Assembly (NCBI GenBank): GCA_034667685.1
Contig: JAXDQU010000105.1
Coordinates: 1 to 45,576, forward strand
Direction of reading: 5' to 3'
Length of the DNA stretch: 45,576 nucleotides
DNA from: Thermoplasmata archaeon
Lineage (GTDB): Archaea > Thermoplasmatota > SW-10-69-26 > JACQPN01 > JAJPHT01
The position numbers and the translations under genes are program-made. Positions 36,346-45,022 of this stretch are shown piece after piece (positions within the stretch are counted from its first letter, which is position 1; the number at the start of each line of letters is the position of its first letter). The notes beneath the pieces are model-generated. The model was given only the letters and a program-made list of their open reading frames with translations. It was not told the DNA's origin and ran no database searches.

Positions 36346-37306
36346 GCAGCCGCGCGCCCTCGCCCGGCGCACAGTCGACCACGCTCGCCGGAGATAGCAT
36401 TTCGCGGGCGCGCCGGGCGACCTCGGGCGCATCGCGCCCCGCGCAGAGCAGGTGCAGGTTGGGGCCGGCGTCGATGGTCGCCCACACGCCGAGTCCATCC
36501 TCGCGCCACGCGCGGACGGCGTGCAGCCCGGCCACGGTGCCCTCCGACCAGTAGAGGAGGCTGGGCGTCGAGGTCATCATGACGGCGTGCATGAGGATCG
36601 CGTCCTCCTCCGCGGCGCGGCCGATGCGCGCGACGTCCCGCGCCGCGAGCCCCGCGCGCACCTCGGCGAGCAGATGCGGCACGCGCGCGACCCGGCCGGC
36701 GTTGAGCGGGCTCGTGCCGGCGAGGCCGTGCCCCTCCGCGCTGCCGACCTTCTTCTCGCCTTCTGATAGCACGACGACGACGTCGTGGAGATCGACCTGC
36801 GAGGGGGGCGCGACCTGCTCCGCGAAGGAGGACTCGTGCGTCGGACCCGCGTGCCACGCGACGAAGCCCCCGTGGATCGAGCGCGCCGCGCTGCCGCTGC
36901 CCAGACGCGCGAGCGTCGTCATCTCGCGCTCGGCGGCCTGGACGCCCAGCGCGGCGAGGCCCGCGACGGTGAGCGCCGCGAAGCCCGACGCCGACGAGGC
37001 CATGCCCGCGCTGGCGGCGAAGCTGTTGGTGGAGGCGATGCGGCACCGCAGCTCGTTCTTCGCGCGCTCGCGCAGCCGGTCCATGTGGCGCGAGGCGCGC
37101 GCAAGCGGGGCGCCCTGCTGCGCGACGCCGTTGATGGCGAGCGTGTCGGCCTTCAGCGCCGGGTCGGCCTCGACGGTCGTGGTCGTCACGAGCTTGTCGA
37201 CCGTCATGCTCAGGCTGTCGGTGAGCGGCAGGTTCAGCTTCGCGTCCGCCTGGCCCCAGTACTTCACGAGCGCGATGTTGGCGCGCGCCTCCGCGGTGGC
37301 CTTCAG
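36326..37306 (-). CDS. mvaD: (Di)phosphomevalonate decarboxylase, GHMP family
   Basis: KATA.A.ANIALVKYWG, SLSMT, GMASSASGFAAL, RLGSGSAARS, TIDAGPN; start probably CTG 37306 (alternative GTG 37330). Confidence 0.9.
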   Translation of the reverse strand: MKATAEARANIALVKYWGQADAKLNLPLTDSLSMTVDKLVTTTTVEADPALKADTLAINGVAQQGAPLARASRHMDRLRERAKNELRCRIASTNSFAASAGMASSASGFAALTVAGLAALGVQAAEREMTTLARLGSGSAARSIHGGFVAWHAGPTHESSFAEQVAPPSQVDLHDVVVVLSEGEKKVGSAEGHGLAGTSPLNAGRVARVPHLLAEVRAGLAARDVARIGRAAEEDAILMHAVMMTSTPSLLYWSEGTVAGLHAVRAWREDGLGVWATIDAGPNLHLLCAGRDAPEVARRAREMLSPASVVDCAPGEGARLLTRHLF

Positions 37307-37953
37307 GCGATCCCCTCCAGCGCGCTCCACGCCTCCGCGGTCGTGGGGACGATGCGGTCCGCGCCCGCCTTGCGCAGCACGTCGGCCGGGTTCGTCGTGG
37401 TGACGCCGATGACGCGCAGCCCCGCGGCCCTGCCGCTCTTGACGCCCAGGGGCGCGTTCTCGACGACGATGCACTCGTCCGCGCGCAGGCCGAGCTTCGC
37501 GAGCGCCGCGAGGTAGGGCTCGGGGTCGGGCTTCGTCCGCGCCACGTCGTCCGCGGTGACGATGACGTCGAAGAGCTTCGCGAGCGCGCCGAGGTGGTGC
37601 TCGACGTTCGCGCGGTTCGTGCCCGTGACCGCCGCGAGGCGCAGGCCGTGCGCCGCGAGCTTCTCCAGGAGCGCCTGCACGCCGGGGTAGAGCGGCGCCG
37701 GGCCGAAGGCGTAGAACGCCGCCTGTTTCGCGTGGTTCATGGCATCGAGCTTCGCGGGCGAGAGGTCGAGGCCGCGCTCCTGCGCCAGGCTCGCGATGAC
37801 CTCCGGCGAGCGGCGCCCCTCGTTGGCGTAGACCTCCCGCGCCTCGATGGCGACGCCGATCTCCGCGAACACCTTCTGGTACGCGGCGGCGTGGTTCTCC
37901 ATGCTCTTCACGAGGATGCCATCGACGTCGAAGATGACGGCGCGCAGGCTCAC
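37303..37953 (-). CDS. HAD-IA family phosphatase (beta-phosphoglucomutase-like)
   Basis: AVIFDVDG.L, AVTG, KPDPEPY, VVENAPLGV; GTG 37953 just downstream of GAACCCCTTTATCC (37988-37975). Confidence 0.9.
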   Translation of the reverse strand: MSLRAVIFDVDGILVKSMENHAAAYQKVFAEIGVAIEAREVYANEGRRSPEVIASLAQERGLDLSPAKLDAMNHAKQAAFYAFGPAPLYPGVQALLEKLAAHGLRLAAVTGTNRANVEHHLGALAKLFDVIVTADDVARTKPDPEPYLAALAKLGLRADECIVVENAPLGVKSGRAAGLRVIGVTTTNPADVLRKAGADRIVPTTAEAWSALEGIA

Positions 37954-38000
37954 GCGCGCGGCATCCTGGTCCACGGATAAAGGGGTTCTCGCGTGTCTCG

Positions 38001-38091
38001 GCTCCGCATGCGGAGGCGCGGCGGCCGCGGAGACCGCGGGGTCCTGAAGACTCCGCGGCCTCCGCGCTCCCCGCGCCTCCGCATGCGGAGC
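38001..38091. mobile_element. 91-bp REPIN/MITE-like nested palindrome, copy 1
   Basis: 21-bp perfect terminal IR GCTCCGCATGCGGAGGCGCGG; each end contains the palindrome CTCCGCATGCGGAG; arms of ~9-mer CGCGGAG-type units. Mobility is inferred, not shown. Confidence 0.65.
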
Positions 38092-38109
38092 CCCCGGAGG
38101 GGCGGACCG

Positions 38110-39768
38110 CTATCCAAGCAGGCTTCCGAGCGCATTGGTCGCAACCACGGACACGATCGCCGCGACCCAGAACATCCCGACGAGGTCGGTGTAGGTGCGG
38201 AAGTAGTTCCCGCCGTCCGCGATGTGGAGCATCAGCCCGCTCGCCATCGAGTGCGCGAGCATGAGCACGATGACCATGAAGCTGATCAGCGCGAGGTCCA
38301 CGCTGAAGTGGAGGAAGCTCGCGAAGGGCGTGTCGGGCGGGAGCTGGATGTCGGTGAAGATCTTCTTGAGCATGCCCACGATGCCCACGCCCACGTAGAG
38401 CGAGAACGCCATGCCGGCCACGAGGCCGTAGAGCATGCCCTTGAAGTTGCCCGCCGTTTGATAGCGCGACTTCCGCAGGGTGATGATGGAGATGAAGTTG
38501 TCCGAGATGATGCGGCCGATCTCGTCCGCCTTGCCGCCGGCCTTCACGCCCTCGACGAACATGCGGGTGAAGTTGGCGATGAGGTTCGAGCCGCAGTCCG
38601 CCGCGAAGTACTCCCACGCCATCTCGTCGTCCACGCGCATGTTGAGGCGCGCGTAGAGCTGGCGGATGTCGGTGGTCAGCGGGCCGAAGTCGTGCGTCTG
38701 GAGGTGGCGCAGCGTCTCCGTGACCTGGCCGCCGCGCGCGCTCGTGCTGGCGCCCAGGGAGCGGATGAACGCGGCGAAGTTGTCGTCGCGGCGCTTCACC
38801 TTCTCCTCCTCGCGGCCCACGAGGAAGCCGACGATGGCGAGCGGCGTGATGGCGATGGCGATCATGATCGCGGGCGGCAGGTGCCCGAAGAACGCCAGCG
38901 CCACGAGCAGGAAGACGAAGCTCCCCGCGAGCGAGATGGGAAGGCCGAACCGGACGGAGCGCGTCAGCTGCGTCTCCAGGCGCGACTTGTGCCAGATCGG
39001 GTCGCTGGGCGCCTTGGCCTTGATGAAGTAGACGAAGCCGATCTCGATGCAGATGACGAGGAAGACGGCGCCGCCCATGAGGAACGTCGCGTCGATGCCC
39101 GTGATGACGGGCATGAGGATGGCGAAGATCACCACGAAGATGACGGACATCATCATCGAGTTGAACAGGCCCTTCATGTTCTCCAATTCGTAGAGCGCGC
39201 CGCGGTAGATGGACGCGAAGTCCTCCATGACCACGACCTGCTCGTTCTTCAGGAACGTCTCCAGGGCTTCGCCCGACTCGATGGAGTACGCGAAGCGGTC
39301 GAGGAAGTCGGCCCAGATGTCGCTCGGGGTACGCTTGGAGATGAAGCGGCACGCCTCGGCCAGGCTCATGTTCCACGAGTCGACGAGCGTGAAGATCTTC
39401 CTCGTCTCCTCGGCGAGCGCGCCGTACTCCTTCTTCTCGGAGAGCATGCGCATGATCTCGCCGCGCGGGATGTTCGCGGTGGCGAGCACGCCCATGTGCG
39501 TGATGAAGAAGTGGATGTTGTTGTTGATCTCGCTCTTCTTGCCTTCCGCGACGGTGTACGGATACACGGCCGCGAGGACGGCGAAGAAGACCGGGATCGC
39601 GTAGAACAGGACGCTGAAGAGGCCGTGGAACAGCGTGGGCGCCAGGAGCCTCAGGATGACGACGACGCCCACGCCCGTTCCCACGAGGGGGATGACGAAC
39701 TGGAGGACGTAGCGCGACGGCGTCATGTTGAGGCTTGCGTAAGCCTTCTTGACGTCGATGCCTGCCAC
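38110..39768 (-). CDS. flaJ: Archaellum platform protein ArlJ (FlaJ)
   Basis: Polytopic T2SS-F-like protein: FFITHMGVLATANI.R, FLDRFAYSI.SGE, HDFGPL, ADGG; located in the arl operon. Confidence 0.95.
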   Translation of the reverse strand: MAGIDVKKAYASLNMTPSRYVLQFVIPLVGTGVGVVVILRLLAPTLFHGLFSVLFYAIPVFFAVLAAVYPYTVAEGKKSEINNNIHFFITHMGVLATANIPRGEIMRMLSEKKEYGALAEETRKIFTLVDSWNMSLAEACRFISKRTPSDIWADFLDRFAYSIESGEALETFLKNEQVVVMEDFASIYRGALYELENMKGLFNSMMMSVIFVVIFAILMPVITGIDATFLMGGAVFLVICIEIGFVYFIKAKAPSDPIWHKSRLETQLTRSVRFGLPISLAGSFVFLLVALAFFGHLPPAIMIAIAITPLAIVGFLVGREEEKVKRRDDNFAAFIRSLGASTSARGGQVTETLRHLQTHDFGPLTTDIRQLYARLNMRVDDEMAWEYFAADCGSNLIANFTRMFVEGVKAGGKADEIGRIISDNFISIITLRKSRYQTAGNFKGMLYGLVAGMAFSLYVGVGIVGMLKKIFTDIQLPPDTPFASFLHFSVDLALISFMVIVLMLAHSMASGLMLHIADGGNYFRTYTDLVGMFWVAAIVSVVATNALGSLLG

Positions 39769-39803
39769 GGCTCAGCGACCTCCCAGGTCGGGGCGCTCCG
39801 CGC

Positions 39804-39894
39804 GCTCCGCATACGGAGGCGCGGTGGCCGCGATGATCGCGGAGGGTTCAGGGCTCTGCGGCCTCCGCGCTCCCCGCGTCTCCGCATGCGGAGC
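39804..39894. mobile_element. 91-bp REPIN/MITE-like nested palindrome, copy 2
   Basis: 77/91 identical to copy 1 without gaps; sits in the arlI-arlJ intercistronic gap. Confidence 0.65.
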
Positions 39895-39902
39895 GCAGGG
39901 CC

Positions 39903-41531
39903 TCACAGCTTGAACGGAAGAGACGCCACTCCCTCCTCGTTGAAGCGCGCGATGATGCGGTTGACCTCGTAGTAGTCGTAGATGCCGAGCTGGATCATGC
40001 GGTCGAGGATGCGCGTGCGCAGGTCCAATTCCTTGTAGATCTCGCGCTTGTCCGCGTAGCCGGCCTTCTCGGCGATCTTCTGCTCCAGGATGTACGAGTT
40101 GTTGCGGCCGCGGAAGTTGTGGACGTCCTTCACGGGGTCCCAGTTGAAGACGCGCCGCGTGAGCACGCCGCCCGCCTGGTCGTTGTAGCCTTCGATCTCC
40201 TCGATGGCCAGCACGCGGCGGAGCATGCGGCCCTTGTTGTAGACCGCCATCTGGATCATGCAGACGTTCAGGTTGTCCATGAACGTCGCAGGCACGTTGA
40301 TCGGGTCGGACGTGAAGCGCTGGATCATCTTCTGCACGCTGCTCGCGTGGAACGTCGCGATGCACGGGTGGCCGGTCTGCATGGCCTGGAAGGCGACGGC
40401 GCCCTCGGCGCCACGGATCTCACCGACGATGATGTAGTTGGGACGGGAACGCAGCGCGGCCTTCAGGAGGTCGAACATCTCGACGCGCCCTTCGGGCGGG
40501 CCGCTGCTGCGCGTCACGAGCTGCTGCCAGAGGGGCTGCGGGGGCCGGACCTCAGGCGTGTCCTCCGCCGTGAACACCTTCTCCTTGGGCTTGATGAACG
40601 AGAGGATGCCGTTGAGCGAGGTCGTCTTGCCCGACGCCGTCTCGCCGCACACGAAGACCGACATGCCGTTCTGGAGGCAGATCCAGAGGTACGCGGCCAC
40701 GCTCGTGGACATCGTGCCCCACTTGCAGATCTGCGTGATGGACGTGGGCGTGTCCGAGAACTTGCGGATCGTGAACGAGGCGCCGCGCTGCGACACGTCG
40801 TCCGAGTAGATCAGGTTGATACGGCTGCCGTCGGGGAGCACGGCGTCGACGATGGGGCGGCTTTCGCTCACGGGGCGGCCCATGCGCTCGCCCATGCCGC
40901 GCAGGTAGTCGTCGAGCTCCTTGTCGTCGCTGAACTTCACGTTCGTCTCGACGGTGTCGAAGATCTTGTGCACGACGAAGATGTTGTACGTGCCGATGCT
41001 CGAGACGTCTTCGATGTAGGGGTCGCGGATGATCGGCTCGATGGGGCCCGAGTCGACGATGTCGCGCTCCAGGAAGTAGCGGAGCTTGGAAGCTTCGAGC
41101 TCGTCGAGCACGACCTTGTTGTCGAACTGCGAGAGGATCTTCTGCGGCGAGAAGCCCTTGGCCTGCGCGCCCACGCGGATGCTCTTCTCGATGAGGCGCT
41201 TGAGCGTCGCGCGCAGGTCGTCCTGGTCCTTGGGCGTGGGCTCGAAGGGCGCCAGGCGGAGGATGGAGTCCTTGATGCGCTGGTACTTCTCCTTCTCGCC
41301 GGCGTTCAGCGTCGGCTCGATGTTGACGTAGTGGCGCGCGCCGGCCTCCTCGTCGTCCCAGATGTGGATGAAGACGGGGTCGCCCACCGGGTAGACGATG
41401 TTGACCTTCTTCATCGACTTCATGTCGCGCGTGAGGCGCTCGTGGAAGTCGGGCGCCTTGTGCTTCGCGGCGAACTCCGTGAGGTACGCGGCCAGGTGCG
41501 GGTTCTTCTGGATCGCGGACGCGGCATCCAT
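39903..41531 (-). CDS. flaI: Archaellum ATPase ArlI (FlaI)
   Basis: IVYPVGDPVFIHI, GETASGKTT, AEDTPE, ALRSRPNYIIVGEIRG, QTGH...TFHA. Confidence 0.97.
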   Translation of the reverse strand: MDAASAIQKNPHLAAYLTEFAAKHKAPDFHERLTRDMKSMKKVNIVYPVGDPVFIHIWDDEEAGARHYVNIEPTLNAGEKEKYQRIKDSILRLAPFEPTPKDQDDLRATLKRLIEKSIRVGAQAKGFSPQKILSQFDNKVVLDELEASKLRYFLERDIVDSGPIEPIIRDPYIEDVSSIGTYNIFVVHKIFDTVETNVKFSDDKELDDYLRGMGERMGRPVSESRPIVDAVLPDGSRINLIYSDDVSQRGASFTIRKFSDTPTSITQICKWGTMSTSVAAYLWICLQNGMSVFVCGETASGKTTSLNGILSFIKPKEKVFTAEDTPEVRPPQPLWQQLVTRSSGPPEGRVEMFDLLKAALRSRPNYIIVGEIRGAEGAVAFQAMQTGHPCIATFHASSVQKMIQRFTSDPINVPATFMDNLNVCMIQMAVYNKGRMLRRVLAIEEIEGYNDQAGGVLTRRVFNWDPVKDVHNFRGRNNSYILEQKIAEKAGYADKREIYKELDLRTRILDRMIQLGIYDYYEVNRIIARFNEEGVASLPFKL

Positions 41532-42254
41532 CTAGCTCACGCTCTTGATCTCGACGATGAGGCCGGTCTTGGGCTCGACGCGGAAGGGGACGATGTCGGC
41601 GACGGGCTTCTCGGCGCGGCTGAAGCGGCGCACGAAGAGCGAGCGCGACACCACGCCGCCCACGCTGTCGAGCTTGAGCGTGATGTAGACGTCCGCGGCG
41701 GCCTTGAGCACGCTCGCGATCTCGTCGGGCAGGTCGCCGGGCTGCATCGAGAGCACCACGGTCCGCCCGCGCGAGTTGAGGAGCTTGAAGAGGTAGAGCG
41801 CGTCCTCGATGCGCGCGTTCATGTCGCGCTTCGAGGTCCCCGGCTCCTGCGCCTGCATCCAGTCCTTGACGACGCTGGAGAAGGCGTCGATGAAGATGAC
41901 GTCCGACTCGTACATCTTCTTCGCGTTGAGCAGGCGGTCCATGAGGTCCGTCTTCTTGCCGCGGAAGCCCAGCACGGGATAGACGGGCAGGAAGAGCAGG
42001 TTGCGGTTGAAGACGTACTCCTCGATCGGATAGTCGAGGCTGTGCATCTGCTCGATGAAGTGCATCGTCGTCAGCTCGGTGCTGACCACGGTGACGCGCG
42101 CGCCGTTCTTGAGCAGCCCGTAGACGAGCCGCTGGCCGATGATGCTCTTGCCGGTCCCGAACTCCCCCTCGAGGATGCAAAGGGCTCCGCTGGGCAGGCC
42201 TCCGCCCAGCCGATCGCCCAATTCATCCCTGTCGAGGCTGATCCGGTAGACCAT
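41532..42254 (-). CDS. flaH: Archaellum KaiC/RecA-like protein ArlH (FlaH)
   Basis: RDEL...LGGGLP.G, EGEFGTGKS, VSTE, IFIDAFS, FRVEP..GLIVEI.SV. Confidence 0.95.
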   Translation of the reverse strand: MVYRISLDRDELGDRLGGGLPSGALCILEGEFGTGKSIIGQRLVYGLLKNGARVTVVSTELTTMHFIEQMHSLDYPIEEYVFNRNLLFLPVYPVLGFRGKKTDLMDRLLNAKKMYESDVIFIDAFSSVVKDWMQAQEPGTSKRDMNARIEDALYLFKLLNSRGRTVVLSMQPGDLPDEIASVLKAAADVYITLKLDSVGGVVSRSLFVRRFSRAEKPVADIVPFRVEPKTGLIVEIKSVS

Positions 42255-42263
42255 GATATCACA

Positions 42264-42698
42264 TCAGACGCGGAACCTCATCTCGTCGGAGACGCCGTTC
42301 TCCATCGAGACCTTGACGCGGTGGTCGCCCGACGCGAGCGTCGCGGCGTAGGTGATCTGGACGATCGCGCCCGAGCGGAACGTGGTCTCGCCGTTGAGCA
42401 GCGTCTTGGTGGTGCTCACGATGCTGCCGTCCACGAGCACCGTGGCGTTGCCGTAGTCGAGCGTCGTGGCGCCCGTGTTCTTCACGTAGAAGATCGTGCT
42501 GGGCGAGACGACGACCTTGGTCGGGTCGTTGATGATCTTGACGTCCGACGCGATTTCGTCGCCGAACGCGTGCCCGCGCACCTGGGCCTTTCCCACGACG
42601 TCCGTGATGACGCCGGAAAGGATGCCCGCGGTCGCGGTGGCGACGACGGTCGCGGCGATGAAGAAGATCAGGTGCGTGCTGGTCGTGTCCGCGCCCAT
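42264..42698 (-). CDS. flaG: Archaellum protein ArlG (FlaG)
   Basis: THLIFFIAA..VA...AG, IINDP, YVKNTG. Confidence 0.9.
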   Translation of the reverse strand: MGADTTSTHLIFFIAATVVATATAGILSGVITDVVGKAQVRGHAFGDEIASDVKIINDPTKVVVSPSTIFYVKNTGATTLDYGNATVLVDGSIVSTTKTLLNGETTFRSGAIVQITYAATLASGDHRVKVSMENGVSDEMRFRV

Positions 42699-43166
42699 CT
42701 ACGCCACCTTCCCCTCGGCGCCGGCGCCGTTCTCGGTGACGAGCTTGACGGAGAGCGAGTCGGGCGCGCCCGCGATGGCGAGCGTGACCGCGGCGTCCTC
42801 GCCGGGCAGGAGAAGCTCGGTGCCGGGCGTGACGCTGACGACCGGATCGGTGATCGTGATCGCGGGCGTGGCGGTGGAGACGACGCCGTCGAGCACGTAG
42901 GTCCAGGCCGTCGCGTTCAGGATCGTGTCACCTCCGTTGTGCGCGTGGATCGTGATGCTGGTGATCGCGTCGCAGGAGACCGGCGCGCAATCGATGCTGG
43001 TGATGGTGAGGTTGGTGTGCGCGTAGTCCGCGGCGCGTTGGGCCTGCGCGCGGCTCGCGTCCTGCATCTCGCCCTGGGTCTTCCAGTAGGCGTTCAGCGC
43101 GACGGACCCGGCCGAGAGGAAGGCCAGGGTGAAGATGACGTAAGCCGCCGTGACGCTGAATCCCAT
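42699..43166 (-). CDS. flaF: Archaellum protein ArlF (FlaF)
   Basis: MGFSV.AA..IF N-terminus, N.G, LLPGE, KLVTENG. Confidence 0.88.
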   Translation of the reverse strand: MGFSVTAAYVIFTLAFLSAGSVALNAYWKTQGEMQDASRAQAQRAADYAHTNLTITSIDCAPVSCDAITSITIHAHNGGDTILNATAWTYVLDGVVSTATPAITITDPVVSVTPGTELLLPGEDAAVTLAIAGAPDSLSVKLVTENGAGAEGKVA

Positions 43167-43190
43167 GGAACCTCCCCCGCTCTTCTCCCT

Positions 43191-44132
43191 TCAGGCGCGC
43201 CTCCGGCTTGCGATCATGCGGAGCTTCTCGACGAAGAGGAGCGAGCGCTCGTGGATCTCGCTCGCGGTGCGCCAGTCCCCGCCCAGCGCGTTGGGCGGAG
43301 GGGTCTGGATGCCGTCGGCGTACGCGAGCAACTGGTCGCGCGCGGGATCGCCGATCCAGCCGACGTTGTGGTAGTAGTTGACGAGCGAGAGCAGTCCCTC
43401 GCGCGAGCTGGCGTGCTTCATGAGCATGTCGGCCCATGATAGCATCAGGAGCGAGGCCTCGAACGTGGTCGGCGCGCTCCAGAGCGCCACGCCCTCGGGA
43501 TTCTCGGGCGCCGGCTGGGGCGCCTGCGCGGGCGCGCGCGTCGGCGCAAGCTCGGGCTCGGGCGCCGGGGCCCACGCGAGGGCGGGCTCCGGCTGGGGCG
43601 CGAACGCGGGCTGGGGCTCGGGCTGAGGCTGAGGCGCGATCGGGATCTCCAGCGCGGGCGGGAAGTCGGCCAGCGCGGGGGGCGCGAGCGCGGACATCGG
43701 CATGGCCGCGACGGGCGGCGGGGCGAGCCCGACCTCGGGCGCGGGCGGCGTCTCGCGCTCCATGGGCGCGTCGCCCACGAAGGGGTTGTACTGCGCGCTG
43801 ATCATCTCGGTGAGCGAGGAGAGCTTGCGCATGCGGTCCTCCATCTGCTCCAGCTTGGCCTCGAGCGCGCCCTTCTCGGTCGTCTGGCTCTCGACGGTGC
43901 TCGCGAGCTTGGCGATCTTCTCGCTCATGTCCTTGACGTTCGCGTCGAGGATCGCGGTCAGCTCGGGGACGACGGGGGCTGCGGCCGGGGCGGGGGCGGG
44001 CGCTTGCGCGGGGGCCGCCGGGCTCGGGCTGGGGTTGGGGGCGGCCACCGCGGCGATGGCGGCGGCCGGGCCCGCGGGCGCGGCCGGGGCAGCGCCTTTG
44101 GGGGCTTCGGTGCCGCGGTTGAAGAGCTTCAT
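43191..44132 (-). CDS. flaD: Archaellum accessory protein ArlD/E with coiled coil and Pro/Ala-rich linkers
   Basis: Coiled coil ending EMISAQYNPF; C-terminal W...L...L..YY.NVGWI...H.RSLLF (FlaD/E domain). Confidence 0.85.
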   Translation of the reverse strand: MKLFNRGTEAPKGAAPAAPAGPAAAIAAVAAPNPSPSPAAPAQAPAPAPAAAPVVPELTAILDANVKDMSEKIAKLASTVESQTTEKGALEAKLEQMEDRMRKLSSLTEMISAQYNPFVGDAPMERETPPAPEVGLAPPPVAAMPMSALAPPALADFPPALEIPIAPQPQPEPQPAFAPQPEPALAWAPAPEPELAPTRAPAQAPQPAPENPEGVALWSAPTTFEASLLMLSWADMLMKHASSREGLLSLVNYYHNVGWIGDPARDQLLAYADGIQTPPPNALGGDWRTASEIHERSLLFVEKLRMIASRRRA

Positions 44133-44160
44133 GGTGCCAGTCTCCGGATTGAGGGGGAAA

Positions 44161-44177
44161 GGGGGGCCAGGCCCCCC
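44161..44177 (-). terminator. GC hairpin between archaellin and arlD/E (attenuator-like)
   Basis: GGGGGGCC-A-GGCCCCCC, followed on the minus strand by TTTCCCCCTC. Confidence 0.5.
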
Positions 44178-44206
44178 GGGTTTTGTCCTGTCTCACGACG
44201 CGCGGC

Positions 44207-44773
44207 TCAGCGCAGCGTGATGGTCGTGTCCGTACCGTACGTCGAGGGCGTCTTGAAGTCCGCCGCGACGGGCGTTCCGGTCTCCGGGATGAGGGACAAT
44301 TGTACGGACGTCCGGGTCGGCAGCGTCGCGCCCAGGTCGAACTGGAGCTCCACGAGGTCGCCGCTCGACATCACGCCCGTGTTGTTCGTGCCGCGGATCC
44401 AGGTCGGGCTGAAGCCGGGCGAGCCATAGTTGTACGTGTAGACGTTCGTGCCATCCGTGTAGCGGAGGATCAGCTTCGTGAGGTCCATCGGCAGGGCGCC
44501 GGCCGAGAGTTCGACCTGCGCCTTGATGCGGTAGATGTCGACGCTCGCGTTGCGCACGCCGTACACGCCCGCGACCTTGAGGTTCGAGGAGACCTCTTGC
44601 GTGGCCTCCTTGCCGGTCGACTGGGCGCGCTGCTGGAGGGTGCCAGTCGTGTTGATCAGCACCGCGGCCGCGACGGCCGCGACGAGCACCATCGCGATGA
44701 ACACGATGAGCGTGCCGACGCCGACCTCGGCGCGATCGTCACGACGCTTCAGGTAAGTTCGGTTGGCCTTCAT
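44207..44773 (-). CDS. flaB: Archaellin
   Basis: Class III signal MKANRTYLKRRDDRA/EVGVGTLIVFIAMVLVAAVAAAVLINT; own promoter GGTTGAAATA upstream. Confidence 0.97.
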   Translation of the reverse strand: MKANRTYLKRRDDRAEVGVGTLIVFIAMVLVAAVAAAVLINTTGTLQQRAQSTGKEATQEVSSNLKVAGVYGVRNASVDIYRIKAQVELSAGALPMDLTKLILRYTDGTNVYTYNYGSPGFSPTWIRGTNNTGVMSSGDLVELQFDLGATLPTRTSVQLSLIPETGTPVAADFKTPSTYGTDTTITLR

Positions 44774-44953
44774 GGGATGGGTCACCGAACCGCGAGGTTT
44801 CTGGCCGGGAGTATTTCAACCCGCGCCTATGGGAGGATTGGCTGACCTGAGGGGTGGTTCGCCTGGAGATCGCGGCCTGACGAGGGGGTCGAGCACCCTG
44901 GGGAGACGGAAGACCGTTTCGGGTTTCCGGATTCGGCTCTGGGTGAGGGGGAT

Positions 44954-45002
44954 CGCGGGGGTCGTTCCGCGTTGCGCGTGCAACGAGGCAAAGACCCCCG
45001 CG
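44954..45002 (-). terminator. Long hairpin downstream of the upstream archaellin
   Basis: CGCGGGGGTC / GACCCCCGCG outer stem with inner CGTTGC-GCGT-GCAACG, ~20 nt past the stop at 45023. Confidence 0.55.
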
Positions 45003-45022
45003 GAGAGTCTTGCGGATCGCGC

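Noticed and set aside
37307-39376. 1016-aa ORF suggesting a long N-terminal extension of the decarboxylase
   Set aside because: The extension is an alternative frame over the HAD gene and arlJ with Arg/Pro-rich nonsense composition; homology begins at KATA.
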